Shown one piece after another: positions 1 through 8,565 of a stretch of DNA of 40,712 nucleotides. This stretch comes from Candidatus Peregrinibacteria bacterium (GTDB taxonomy: Bacteria; Patescibacteriota; Gracilibacteria; Peribacterales; Peribacteraceae). The stretch lies in NCBI GenBank assembly GCA_016201685.1, contig JACQCJ010000058.1, positions 1 through 40,712 on the forward strand. The letters are read 5' to 3'. The notes under the pieces are model-generated. The model worked only from the letters and a program-made list of their open reading frames with translations, searched no databases and had not been told where the DNA came from. The translations under genes were made by a program, and so were the position numbers. The number at the start of each line of letters is the position of its first letter. Within the stretch, counting starts at the first letter, position 1.

Positions 1-123
1 AAGATGGAACGGGAGGTGCGAGCATGGACGAAGAAACGCAACGAGCATCGCTGCTGCATCACCTGGAAATTCACGAAGGAGAAGGCCGCGAAAACATTTC
101 CTTCTCTATATACAGAAACTTAG
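1..123 (+). mobile_element. C-terminal 40 codons of an IS630/Tc1-mariner-like transposase ORF entering from the left window edge (partial)
   Basis: Frame +1 is open from nt 1 to TAG 121-123: KMEREVRAWTKKRNEHRCCITWKFTKEKAAKTFPSLYTET*. The tail pattern W..RN....I.W.FT.E.A......LY resembles IS630-family transposase C-termini (from memory). Only a fragment is visible. Confidence 0.4.
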
Positions 124-390
124 AGAATGATGTACTAGGACTTTGACACTCGGCTTGCCGCGCAAAAACCGATGGACGCCTCGAACATGGTGCCGTTCTT
201 GACGGCACAGGTCGTAGAACAGCTTTCGGCTGTCCATAGCGACCTCCTTTCATTTGTAAGAAGACATCCTCAGCAACAGATAGACACGGAACATCCGTGC
301 AAAGATCTTCAGCCTTTGTTGCCAAGGAACTTGATTATAGTACAACTAATTCAATATTTGTCAATGACATCCAAATCCACTTTCTTGGCT

Positions 391-1296
391 TTAGGATGCG
401 GCAATTGAATACTTCTTCACCAGATACAGCGGATGCCAGCATTCCTTTGCTGTGCGAAGGCCGGGTATCCCCAAGTCTTCCTCTCGATTGAGCTCGGTGT
501 ACTGCAGAGGGACCGCTTTTACAAACTCATGCAGGACCAATGGATAGAGACCGATGAATGCCTTGTTTGCATGTTCAAACTGCTCGAGAAACATCGTGGG
601 ATTCAGAGCATTGCCTATGGCGAACGCTTCGAGTCTTCCCTTGATGCGGATGCCGACGCCGAGAAGTTTGAGTGCCTCGAAGTTCTTCATTGCGAGATGC
701 AGCGACGAGATCTCATCGAGCGCGGAATTCATCCCCGGCCGCTCCTCGCTCTCCATCCACCGGTCGAGCACCGAAACACACTCCTCGTGCAGCAATCCGT
801 TCAAAGGAACGACGTCTGGATCAAATGGTAGACACTTCTTGATGAGATTGCGCTTCGATGCGTATTTGCTCCCTACAAGCGTGCGCAGCCCCTCGAGACT
901 GTACACATAATCGAAGCGCGTCGGCTCTTCCTTCAGCGTCAAGCCGAGCCCCTGCAGCTTCTGCGCCAGTGGCTCATCGATATAGAGGAAAATATAGCCT
1001 CGTGATGGCGGAAGAAGATCACGGATGATGCGTTCCGGCTCAGGACCGATCGGCGGATACCACTTGCGCGTCTCGTTTCTCTTCTGGAAGCAAATCACAA
1101 GGTGGCCTTCGACCTCCGTGAAGAGATGGTTGCGACTCTCTCCCCACAGGAACATCTGCGAGAAACACATCTCGCAGACTCGCTGCGGATACGTTTCAAA
1201 ATACCGCTGCAGTGCGGCGCGGTCCTCCAGCCTGACGGGTCGCATCGATGGAAGCGGGGGCTGCATCAGCATCGATAGAATCAGTGGCAAAGACAA
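391..1296 (-). CDS. Stand-alone DUF2156 / aminoacyl-phosphatidylglycerol-synthase C-terminal-domain-like protein (aa-tRNA-dependent transferase fold)
   Basis: 301-aa ORF, soluble, with no membrane flippase part. Length and motifs (FLWGE, YPPIGP, FDYVY, GSKYASKRN, EEDLGIPGLRTAK) match my memory of the LPG_synthase_C/DUF2156 family. Its longest start overlaps the stop of the upstream ORF (1281-1296). Confidence 0.65.
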   Translation of the reverse strand: MSLPLILSMLMQPPLPSMRPVRLEDRAALQRYFETYPQRVCEMCFSQMFLWGESRNHLFTEVEGHLVICFQKRNETRKWYPPIGPEPERIIRDLLPPSRGYIFLYIDEPLAQKLQGLGLTLKEEPTRFDYVYSLEGLRTLVGSKYASKRNLIKKCLPFDPDVVPLNGLLHEECVSVLDRWMESEERPGMNSALDEISSLHLAMKNFEALKLLGVGIRIKGRLEAFAIGNALNPTMFLEQFEHANKAFIGLYPLVLHEFVKAVPLQYTELNREEDLGIPGLRTAKECWHPLYLVKKYSIAAS

Positions 1297-2960
1297 TGGT
1301 CTTTCCCTTCATGCACCGTATTCCATTCCTCGCGCTCGGCGAGAATCTTGCTGCGCAACCCGGTGCCGGCGAGGATGCGTTCCGGCTTTACGCTTGCGAG
1401 CGTTTGATCGCGTTCCTCGGAGGGATAGAGGACCGTGTACATTTCCGGCAGCATCGACTGCATCGCCTCCGTGAGCATGATTCTGCGGGAGAGATCGACG
1501 TAGCGTTCGAAGGAGGTATCGGCATCTTCGAGTATCATATCGACGCCGGTCGCGGGGACGATCTCGTTCTTTACGGTTTTGAAGTACGTGAGCACCATGC
1601 CGTCGCCGCCGAGCTCCTTGGTTTGGATCGGCATGATCGCATCGGCCTCTTCGTTCTCGCCCATTGCACGCAGCATGCGCGCCCACGATTGCTTCACGAG
1701 GGTAAGGTCATGCACTTGGCAGAAACCCCCGAGGCACTTGAAGCCGTAGTAGAGCGCGACCGCGAGATAGCACGTCAACATGCTTGGGAAAATCCGGCCT
1801 CGTTGCAGAGCGTTCCCCACTCCCTCAGGCGTACACGGAACGGCGATGGTGCCACCGAACGAGCGCAGGACGCCGTTCTCCAGCTTGAGCCGCACGCGGT
1901 GGTTCTCGTCGTCCAGCGCCCAGAAGAGATAGGTTCCCCATTCTTTCTCGAGCGAGAATGCGCCGGGAAGATTGTTGAAGTGCTCGTGCACGAGGGGCGT
2001 GCATGCGGGATCGAAAAGAAAGCGGTGGAGGAGCGACGTTGGATCATCCAGATGCTTCTGCAGGAGAAGTTCCTTCACGAGTGTCTCGATCTCCAGATAG
2101 AGCAGATCCGGAATCGTCTGCGCGGGACGATGCCAGGTGGCATGGAACAGTTTCGGCCACAGCGCATGATTGATCATGGTGATTTGGCTGCAGAGATCGG
2201 GCGCGGCCAAGACGTCCGGGCGGGCAAATTCCCGTTCCAGAAGTGCACGGATTTTTTCTCCTCGTCCGGCTGCGATGTCCCCTGCCTTCTCTCGCTTGAG
2301 CAGCTGCGATTCAGCCTTCGTAATATCGTCGCGCGTGAAGGCGCGCGTACCGTAGACCGTCGACATTTTCACGGTATCAGGAAGAATGGGGAGCCGAATG
2401 AGGTTCCCGGAACCGTTCATCCCGCCATGGAACAACATACCGCGCGGGTAGCCGGAGGCGTTGTTGAGAGAGACACTCGAAAATGAGAAAACGACAAGGT
2501 GGCGCATTGCCGGATCCATGAGGCCGAGATACGGGATGGCGGAAATGATGTTCGCATTCACCCAGAACGGATGATCGATGGTGCTGTGATGGTCGGTGGT
2601 GGAGACGAGCGGGAGACGCGCGAGTTGTCGAGCAACGTGATCGGCCGTTTCCTTCCCCAGCCGCTTCTCGATGATCTGTCGCGCGACCTCGATGAGTTCC
2701 GGCTTCCTTTCGTCCAGCAATGGGCTGGGGTTCACATCGAGGAAATCTTGCGCGTAATGATGAAGCGTCTTCCCCCCGTGCTTCTGCATGATCTCCCCCA
2801 GGATCGGGCGACGCTGCCAGATGCGTTCGCGGAGAATCTGCAAGATTTCCTGGAGCGAGGGCACCGGAGAAGATGCTGCTTGGGGATCATCTCTCCAGGG
2901 AGGTGTATCGGTGGTGTCGAGAATGGCGTCGAGAACACGCGGGTTCAAGACAGGCTTCAT
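1281..2960 (-). CDS. Hypothetical protein, 559 aa, no family recognised; co-oriented and overlapping with the DUF2156 gene
   Basis: Long ORF with protein-like composition (TTDHHSTIDHPFWVNANII, LNNASGYPRGMLFHGG, LGGFCQVHDLTLVK). The opposite-strand ORF 1248..2486 looks like a GC-driven antisense artefact (R/G/E-rich). Confidence 0.7.
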   Translation of the reverse strand: MKPVLNPRVLDAILDTTDTPPWRDDPQAASSPVPSLQEILQILRERIWQRRPILGEIMQKHGGKTLHHYAQDFLDVNPSPLLDERKPELIEVARQIIEKRLGKETADHVARQLARLPLVSTTDHHSTIDHPFWVNANIISAIPYLGLMDPAMRHLVVFSFSSVSLNNASGYPRGMLFHGGMNGSGNLIRLPILPDTVKMSTVYGTRAFTRDDITKAESQLLKREKAGDIAAGRGEKIRALLEREFARPDVLAAPDLCSQITMINHALWPKLFHATWHRPAQTIPDLLYLEIETLVKELLLQKHLDDPTSLLHRFLFDPACTPLVHEHFNNLPGAFSLEKEWGTYLFWALDDENHRVRLKLENGVLRSFGGTIAVPCTPEGVGNALQRGRIFPSMLTCYLAVALYYGFKCLGGFCQVHDLTLVKQSWARMLRAMGENEEADAIMPIQTKELGGDGMVLTYFKTVKNEIVPATGVDMILEDADTSFERYVDLSRRIMLTEAMQSMLPEMYTVLYPSEERDQTLASVKPERILAGTGLRSKILAEREEWNTVHEGKDHCLCH

Positions 2961-3219
2961 ACGAAAGGGGTAAGGCTTCGCTCTCTGCTCAGCGGAGGTT
3001 CCTTCAAGTACTAAAATAAAACAAAAACATATTATTGTACAACCTATTCTGGCATTGCGAAAAAATCAAGAGTCTCCCGTCAAAAACGTCTAGACGTCGT
3101 AAAGGGCGCGGGGATTCGTTTTCGAGGGGTACGGCGATGGTGACCTTCACATTCTTCGCTGATTCCCGTCACGATTCCTTGGAACGAAAGACGTACGGGA
3201 AAACCCCTGTGTCGTTCTG

Positions 3220-3486
3220 TCAATCATGGTGTCGGGAAATGTGCCATCGGATCCACCAACGCTTCATCCATGGCAGCGAGAACATCGAGAGGAAGAACCC
3301 ACCCGAAGGAATGAGCGCTTGCAGAAGGGGAAAGGGAAGTCCGAGGCTCCACAACACAATCAACGCAATGCCGTAAGTCATGACGACAATCGTCAGACGT
3401 CGCGTCCAGGAGAGCTCCCATGCCTTCTCTCGTTCCACTCGTCGGTTGCGCTCCAGAATTTCCGCGATCTGCGCTTCCACATTCAT
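3220..3486 (-). CDS. Small membrane protein (88 aa, two hydrophobic helices)
   Basis: ORF MNVEAQIAEILERNRRVEREKAWELSWTRRLTIVVMTYGIALIVLWSLGLPFPLLQALIPSGGFFLSMFSLPWMKRWW has an amphipathic N-terminus followed by 2 TM segments. No family recognised. Confidence 0.5.
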   Translation of the reverse strand: MNVEAQIAEILERNRRVEREKAWELSWTRRLTIVVMTYGIALIVLWSLGLPFPLLQALIPSGGFFLSMFSLPWMKRWWIRWHISRHHD

Positions 3487-3506
3487 ATCGCCATTCTATA
3501 CTCTTT

Positions 3507-3614
3507 TGGGCGGGACGACCCGCCTACGCTTGCGAGCTACGGCGAGGTTGCTCGCAGATACCGAATCTTCCGAATGTCTGTGGTGATAATGACTCTGGTC
3601 GGGACGACTGGACT
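3507..3614. repeat. Left copy of a 108-bp direct repeat; contains an orphan copy of the last 19 nt of tRNA-Pro
   Basis: Matches 6861-6968 at a constant offset of 3354 nt, with 2 mismatches by my count (3510, 3553). It ends with TGGTCGGGACGACTGGACT (reverse complement of the tRNA-Pro 3' end) and diverges at 3615. Confidence 0.9.
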
Positions 3615-3845
3615 TCCTTCGGCTCATCCTCGCTCCGCTCGGCTTCGCTCAGGATACACTTCTCGTCCAGTCGCTGTCTTCAGAGTGAATTCTCGAAGGC
3701 GAGATATGATTTTGAATTCTGGTCGGATTGACAGACCAAAGGCAGAAACGTTCTGCATGTTCCAACGCGCGTTCCTGAATATCAAGAACACCATCCAGAA
3801 CAACGGTATCGTGCGACCTATCGAACGCCTTACGCTGGCATTTGC

Positions 3846-5108
3846 CTACGTAGAGATACCTGTTCTCCTGCCCTGCCAACGCGAGAATCCTTGAAAGATA
3901 AGAAGTGAGATCACGGAGACGGGCAAAGAAACTACCGATGTCGCCGGTGTGAGTGTTCCGGTGACCAGCAGTGGTACAAAACTCAAAGCAGCAAGGACAA
4001 CGCTCAGTGTCACAGCTTGATCCGACAGCTTCCAGAAGAGCGAGCCGAAGGTGGGGGGGAAGAGCGCGAGGCTCAAACTGGCGAGCGAGAGACCCAACGC
4101 AATAATATCTTTGTACAAGATTCCAATGATGACACCGACGACTATGAAGAGTGTGATGAAGAATCGGGTCATCCGGCGCATAGAAGATGCACTGAAGCGA
4201 TGTGTGCGGTGTTGGAGGTCTCGCGTAAAGATCGTGGAAACCACGAACGTGACTGTGTCCGATGAGGATAGACAGACTGCGTAGAGCAGCACCATACCAA
4301 GCTCCTTCAATCCACGTGGGAGGAGCGTAGAAAACCCTGCCACGAGCGCATTGTTTGGAGCGATGTCCGGCAACAATTGTTTTGTGACGAGTCCGATCAC
4401 TGCCAACACAAGAGCAAGGAGAGGCAGAATGAATGTGCCGTACATGAGGCCACGCTTCATCGTCGTAATATCGCGTGCGGCGAACATGCGCTGCCACAAA
4501 TCCGGCTGCACCATGATGCCGAAGACGCCAATCACCAAGAAGCCAATGAGTGTACCAGCATCCATCTTTCCAATGAGTTGCACGTCTGCTGATGGAATAC
4601 TCGTTCTTCCAAAGAGATACGCTGCGACCATCACGGTCATGAATATCATGACAAGGAGCTGAAATACATCCGTGTGTACGACTGCCTTGAACCCCGCAAG
4701 CAGAAGATAGGTGAGGATGATCAGGCCACCGATGGCGACGGAGAGCTGGTAAGGTATAGGGAAAATGGCCGACAGTACTTGCGCACTCACGATGAAGTTC
4801 ACCGTCAGCCAGAAGAAAAACGCGATGATGAGAACTACGGAGTATGCAAGTCCACTGCGACGACCGATAGTGTGCAGGAAGTACTCTGGCATGGTGTATA
4901 CCTTGAGTCCATCTGCCTTCTGTTTGATGCGCGTTGCAAATTGCCGGAGACAGAAAAAACCAAGTCCAAGCCCTATGAAAAGCCAAATCGCCGAGAAACC
5001 AAACTGATAGATATAGGCAATGTAGATGGAAAGCGTGGCTCCATCGAAGAAGCCTGCGCTCATTGTCGCCGCAAGCTGGAGACCCATCACATTGCGGTCC
5101 GCAATCAT
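3846..5108 (-). CDS. Sodium:solute symporter family (SSF) transporter, apparently missing its first TM helix
   Basis: 420-aa polytopic ORF. Upstream in the same frame the SSF-typical LFIGWIASRKETEEGF precedes M1 but is cut by an in-frame TGA at 5163-5165, and no TM1 is encoded in any frame. Family call rests on overall SSF-like TM pattern and motifs. Confidence 0.65.
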   Translation of the reverse strand: MIADRNVMGLQLAATMSAGFFDGATLSIYIAYIYQFGFSAIWLFIGLGLGFFCLRQFATRIKQKADGLKVYTMPEYFLHTIGRRSGLAYSVVLIIAFFFWLTVNFIVSAQVLSAIFPIPYQLSVAIGGLIILTYLLLAGFKAVVHTDVFQLLVMIFMTVMVAAYLFGRTSIPSADVQLIGKMDAGTLIGFLVIGVFGIMVQPDLWQRMFAARDITTMKRGLMYGTFILPLLALVLAVIGLVTKQLLPDIAPNNALVAGFSTLLPRGLKELGMVLLYAVCLSSSDTVTFVVSTIFTRDLQHRTHRFSASSMRRMTRFFITLFIVVGVIIGILYKDIIALGLSLASLSLALFPPTFGSLFWKLSDQAVTLSVVLAALSFVPLLVTGTLTPATSVVSLPVSVISLLIFQGFSRWQGRRTGIST

Positions 5109-5148
5109 AAATCCTTCCTCCGTCTCCTTCCTCGATGCAATCCAACCA

Positions 5149-6840
5149 ATGAACAGTTCCTGTCAGCTTTGCTCCGACTCTTTTGAGATCACGCAGAATG
5201 ATCATATATTCCATGAACGTGTTTCGCCGGTTCTCAACGGAAAAAACTACCTCATTTCTCCTCCAAATCTATGCCCCTCTTGCCGTATGCGGCGGAGAGC
5301 GTCGTTCCGTAACGAACGCAGTCTCTACGTACGGACGTGCAACCTCTGCAAGAAATCAATAGTGTCCATCTTCTCGCCGGACAAGACGTATCCGGTCTAT
5401 TGCATCGACTGCTGGTGGAGCGACCGTTGGGACTCCATGCAGTACGGGCGGGCGTTTGATTTCAATAGCTCTTTCTCTGAGCAATGGGGGAAATTATTCG
5501 ACGCCGTTCCAAAGCTTGGTCTATTCCAGCTTCCTGGTGAAGTGAACAGCGCGTACACCCAGGACAATACGGGAGTGAAAAATTGTTACATGACGTTCGA
5601 TGGGGAAGGCGGCGAAGATTCATACTACGGCGAGACGTTCATCAAGATCAAAGACTGCTGCGACTTCCTGGGGCTGCAACAAACTGAACTCGCCTACGAG
5701 TGCGTGCAGTGCCAAGACTGCTACAGCATCACCTTCTCGCGCTTCTGTAGGAATTGTTCCGACTCCGCATTCCTCCTCGATTGCCAGGCTTGCAAACACT
5801 GCTTGGGATGCGCAAATCTCTCGCAAAAAGAGCTCTGCATATTCAATGTTCAGTACACGAAGGAAGAATATGAAAAGAAAGTACTCTCCTACGAACTTCA
5901 TACTCGCAAAGGGCTGGCGCAACTGCGCTCCGAGGCCGAACGTTTCTTCCTCACGCAACCGAGGAAGGCCTGTAGGAATATGATGAGCGAAAATGTGAGC
6001 GGCGATGATCTCATACAGTGTAAAAACGTCCTGGACTCATTCGACTGCATTGGCCTGAGCGATTCCCGGTACTGCACTCACACGTACGGAGCATCGGACT
6101 GCCAAGATGTGGATGGCTGGGGTAATGGCCTCACGGTTGCGTACGATTCATCCTATGTCGGTGGCGGAGCGCAGAATGTAGCCGCGTGCTTTTACGTGGG
6201 CATGGGGGCAAGCAATGTGTACCACAGCGCTTTCTGCATACAGAACGTTGCTAACATCTTCGGTTCCATCGCCCTGATGCATAAGGAGTACTGCATCCTC
6301 AACAAGCAATATACGAAAGAGGAGTATGAGACGTTGACGCCGAGGATTCTGGAACATCTGCAGAAGTCCGGCGAATTGGGGCAGTTTTTCGGAACCGAAC
6401 TCTCGGCCTACGCGTACAACGAATCCGTGGCGCAGGATTACTTTCCATTAAATGAGAAGCAGGCAAAAGAACTGGGATTTACATGGTATTCGGCGGTGAA
6501 AGAAATTCCTGCCGTAAAGAAAATCATCGATGCTTCCGCTCTTCCCGAGTCCATAGACGATGTACCCGATGATGTGCTCAACTGGGCAATTCGCTGCCGA
6601 GTGACCGAACGTCCTTTCCGCATTCAAAATGCGGAACTGAACTTCTGCCGCAAGATGCACATTCCGATTCCACAGTATCACTTCGATGTGCGTCACGCCG
6701 CACGACTCTCTCTACGAAACCCACGCCAAATCTGGCAGAGGCAATGTCAGAAATGTGAGAGGCAGATTGATACGACCTACGCACCGGAACGCCCAGAGAT
6801 CATCTATTGCGAGGAATGCTACCTGAAAGATATATATTGA
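5149..6840 (+). CDS. Cys-rich zinc-ribbon protein (563 aa) with related N- and C-terminal CxxC...CxxC modules and a duplicated Cys-rich core
   Basis: ATG at 5149 (MNSSCQLCSDSF...). The tracked start 5026 would overlap the divergent transporter. N-terminal module LCPSCRMRRRASFRNERSLYVRTCNLCKKSI..YPVYCIDCW resembles the C-terminal module RHAARLSLRNPRQIWQRQCQKCERQI..IIYCEECY. Internal repeat: C(I/L)xNxQYTKEEYE occurs twice. Confidence 0.75.
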   Translation: MNSSCQLCSDSFEITQNDHIFHERVSPVLNGKNYLISPPNLCPSCRMRRRASFRNERSLYVRTCNLCKKSIVSIFSPDKTYPVYCIDCWWSDRWDSMQYGRAFDFNSSFSEQWGKLFDAVPKLGLFQLPGEVNSAYTQDNTGVKNCYMTFDGEGGEDSYYGETFIKIKDCCDFLGLQQTELAYECVQCQDCYSITFSRFCRNCSDSAFLLDCQACKHCLGCANLSQKELCIFNVQYTKEEYEKKVLSYELHTRKGLAQLRSEAERFFLTQPRKACRNMMSENVSGDDLIQCKNVLDSFDCIGLSDSRYCTHTYGASDCQDVDGWGNGLTVAYDSSYVGGGAQNVAACFYVGMGASNVYHSAFCIQNVANIFGSIALMHKEYCILNKQYTKEEYETLTPRILEHLQKSGELGQFFGTELSAYAYNESVAQDYFPLNEKQAKELGFTWYSAVKEIPAVKKIIDASALPESIDDVPDDVLNWAIRCRVTERPFRIQNAELNFCRKMHIPIPQYHFDVRHAARLSLRNPRQIWQRQCQKCERQIDTTYAPERPEIIYCEECYLKDIY

Positions 6841-6860
6841 TTTTGGCTTCCATTAGCCAT

Positions 6861-6968
6861 TGGTCGGGACGACCCGCCTACGCTTGCGAGCTACGGCGAG
6901 GTTGCTAGCAGATACCGAATCTTCCGAATGTCTGTGGTGATAATGACTCTGGTCGGGACGACTGGACT
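6861..6968. repeat. Right copy of the 108-bp direct repeat; overlaps the 3' end of the intact tRNA-Pro
   Basis: See 3507-3614. Positions 6950-6968 are the tRNA-Pro 3' end. The 12-mer GGTCGGGACGAC occurs twice inside the repeat (6862-6873 and 6951-6962). Confidence 0.9.
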
Positions 6969-7026
6969 CGAACCAGCGACCTCTTGCACCCCATGCAAGC
7001 GTTCTAGCCAACTGAACTACGTCCCG
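6950..7026 (-). tRNA. tRNA-Pro (anticodon GGG), CCA encoded
   Basis: The reverse complement folds as a cloverleaf: CGGGACG-TA-GTTC-AGTTGGCTA-GAAC-G-CTTGC-ATGGGGT-GCAAG-AGGTC-GCTGG-TTCGAGT-CCAGT-CGTCCCG-A-CCA. Anticodon loop is AT-GGG-GT. Confidence 0.9.
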
Positions 7027-7102
7027 AAAATGACAACCGAATGTTGAAGAGAAAGAACAAAGGGGAAACTTGTCCTGATGTTGAGAGTATACAGACCTCA
7101 TC

Positions 7103-8380
7103 TCAGAACGGCGACTCATACACCGCACTCTCCCCCAATTCCTCCTCGATGCGCAGGAGCCGGTTGTATTTGCACAGGCGGTCGGTGCGCGAAAGGGAGC
7201 CGGTCTTGATCTGTCCCGTCTGGAGCCCCACCGCCAAGTCGGCGATGAAGGTGTCTTCGGTCTCGCCGCTGCGGTGACTCACGACCGCTTTCCATCCAGA
7301 CTTTTGGGTTGTCTGAATGGCATCCACGGTTTCGCTCACCGTACCGATCTGGTTGAGTTTGATGAGGACGGCATTGGCGGCCTTCTTCGCGATGCCCTGC
7401 TCGATCCGCGCGACGTTCGTGACGAAGAGATCATCGCCCACAAGCTGGAGCCGGGAACCGAGTTTCCGTTGCATCAACGCGAAGCCTTCCCAGTCATCTT
7501 CGCTGTGGCTGTCTTCGACGGACACGATAGGATAGCGCTTCGCGAGTGCGTGGTAATTCTCGACGAGCGCGGCGGCATCCATTCCTTTTCCATCGACGGT
7601 GTAGAGGCCGTTTGCGCAGAATTCCGTGGCGGCGGCATCGAGCGCGATCGTCACCTTCCCTTCGTACCCGGCCAGCGCGATCGCTTCGACGAGGATGCTG
7701 CACGCGTGATCGGCGTCCGCCACGTGCGGGGCGAACCCTCCCTCATCGCCCACCGCGATCACGTACTGGAAGTTCGTGAGGATGTCCTTGAGGGCGTAGA
7801 ACACTTCGGCCCCGGCTCGAAGCGCTTCATGGAACGACGAGAGACCCGTCGGAACGATCATGAATTCCTGGAAGCTCAACCCCGAATCGGCATGCACGCC
7901 GCCGTTGAGGACGTTCATCAGCGGCACGGGCAGCGAGACAGAATCCAAACGAGAGACACCGAACTGGTCCGCGAGCGAAGTCCACAGCGACCGGCGCTCG
8001 CTCGCCGCCCGCGCGCGGCACACGGCCATCGAGACGCCGAGGATCGCATTGGCACCGAGGCTCGCTTTATTCGCCGTCCCATCGAGGTCGACGAGCAGGC
8101 GATCGATTGCGCGGTGATCGGCGCTGTCTCTCCCCGTGAGTGCCTTCGTGATCGGCCCCTCGACGTTCGCAACGGCCTTCAGCACGGACTTCCCCCGGAA
8201 CTTCTTCGGATCGCCGTCGCGCAGTTCGAGCGCTTCGTGGCTCCCCGTCGAAGCCCCCGATGGAACCGCCGCCCGCCCGAAGCTTCCATCGCTGAGCAGA
8301 CAATCCACCTCCACCGTCGGCGTGCCGCGGGAATCGAGGATTTGACGTGCATGGATGATGGAAATGCAAACCATACTCAT
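7103..8380 (-). CDS. eno: Enolase (phosphopyruvate hydratase)
   Basis: MSMVCISIIHARQILDSRGTPTVEVD...SGASTGSHEALELRDGD...SHRSGETEDTFIADLAV..GQIKTGSLSRTDRLCKYNRLLRIEEEL. 425 aa from the ATG at 8378-8380. The tracked 815-aa ORF merely runs on upstream with no stop. Confidence 0.95.
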   Translation of the reverse strand: MSMVCISIIHARQILDSRGTPTVEVDCLLSDGSFGRAAVPSGASTGSHEALELRDGDPKKFRGKSVLKAVANVEGPITKALTGRDSADHRAIDRLLVDLDGTANKASLGANAILGVSMAVCRARAASERRSLWTSLADQFGVSRLDSVSLPVPLMNVLNGGVHADSGLSFQEFMIVPTGLSSFHEALRAGAEVFYALKDILTNFQYVIAVGDEGGFAPHVADADHACSILVEAIALAGYEGKVTIALDAAATEFCANGLYTVDGKGMDAAALVENYHALAKRYPIVSVEDSHSEDDWEGFALMQRKLGSRLQLVGDDLFVTNVARIEQGIAKKAANAVLIKLNQIGTVSETVDAIQTTQKSGWKAVVSHRSGETEDTFIADLAVGLQTGQIKTGSLSRTDRLCKYNRLLRIEEELGESAVYESPF

Positions 8381-8401
8381 GAAAGAGGAAAAAAAGGCAA
8401 C

Positions 8402-8429
8402 GTCATCCTGAGCGGAGTCGAAGGGTGAC
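8402..8429. repeat. REP-like hairpin unit GTCATCCTGAGC-N4-GTCGAAGGGTGAC
   Basis: GTCATCCTGAGCGGAGTCGAAGGGTGACG lies just upstream of eno. The same CCTGAGC..TCGAAGG core recurs at 20903-20925, 22095-22113, 32714-32737 and, in the opposite orientation, at 35143-35168 and 36251-36278. Confidence 0.7.
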
Positions 8430-8565
8430 GGGCGTGGAGAGAGGAAATGGCAACCATAGTCATGAGAGAACAAATCGATGAATGAAAAACAACGGAATGG
8501 TAACAGGGGCGATGGCAATGGAGAAGATGCGTGATGGAGAACGAGAGAATGTTCGTCTTGCTCCG

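Noticed and set aside
3086-3097. 12-nt perfect palindrome ACGTCTAGACGT between the small membrane-protein gene and the 559-aa gene, considered as an operator or terminator.
   Set aside because: It is single, short and has no loop. No T-tract follows in the transcribed (minus) orientation, and there is no second copy. This is insufficient evidence for any function.
5026-5148. The longer start (5026) for the Cys-rich protein given in the ORF track.
   Set aside because: The extra 41 aa (MESVAPSKKPALIVAASWRPITL...) are antisense to the N-terminal coding region of the SSF transporter and lack the Cys pattern. ATG 5149, directly followed by CxxC, is the natural start.
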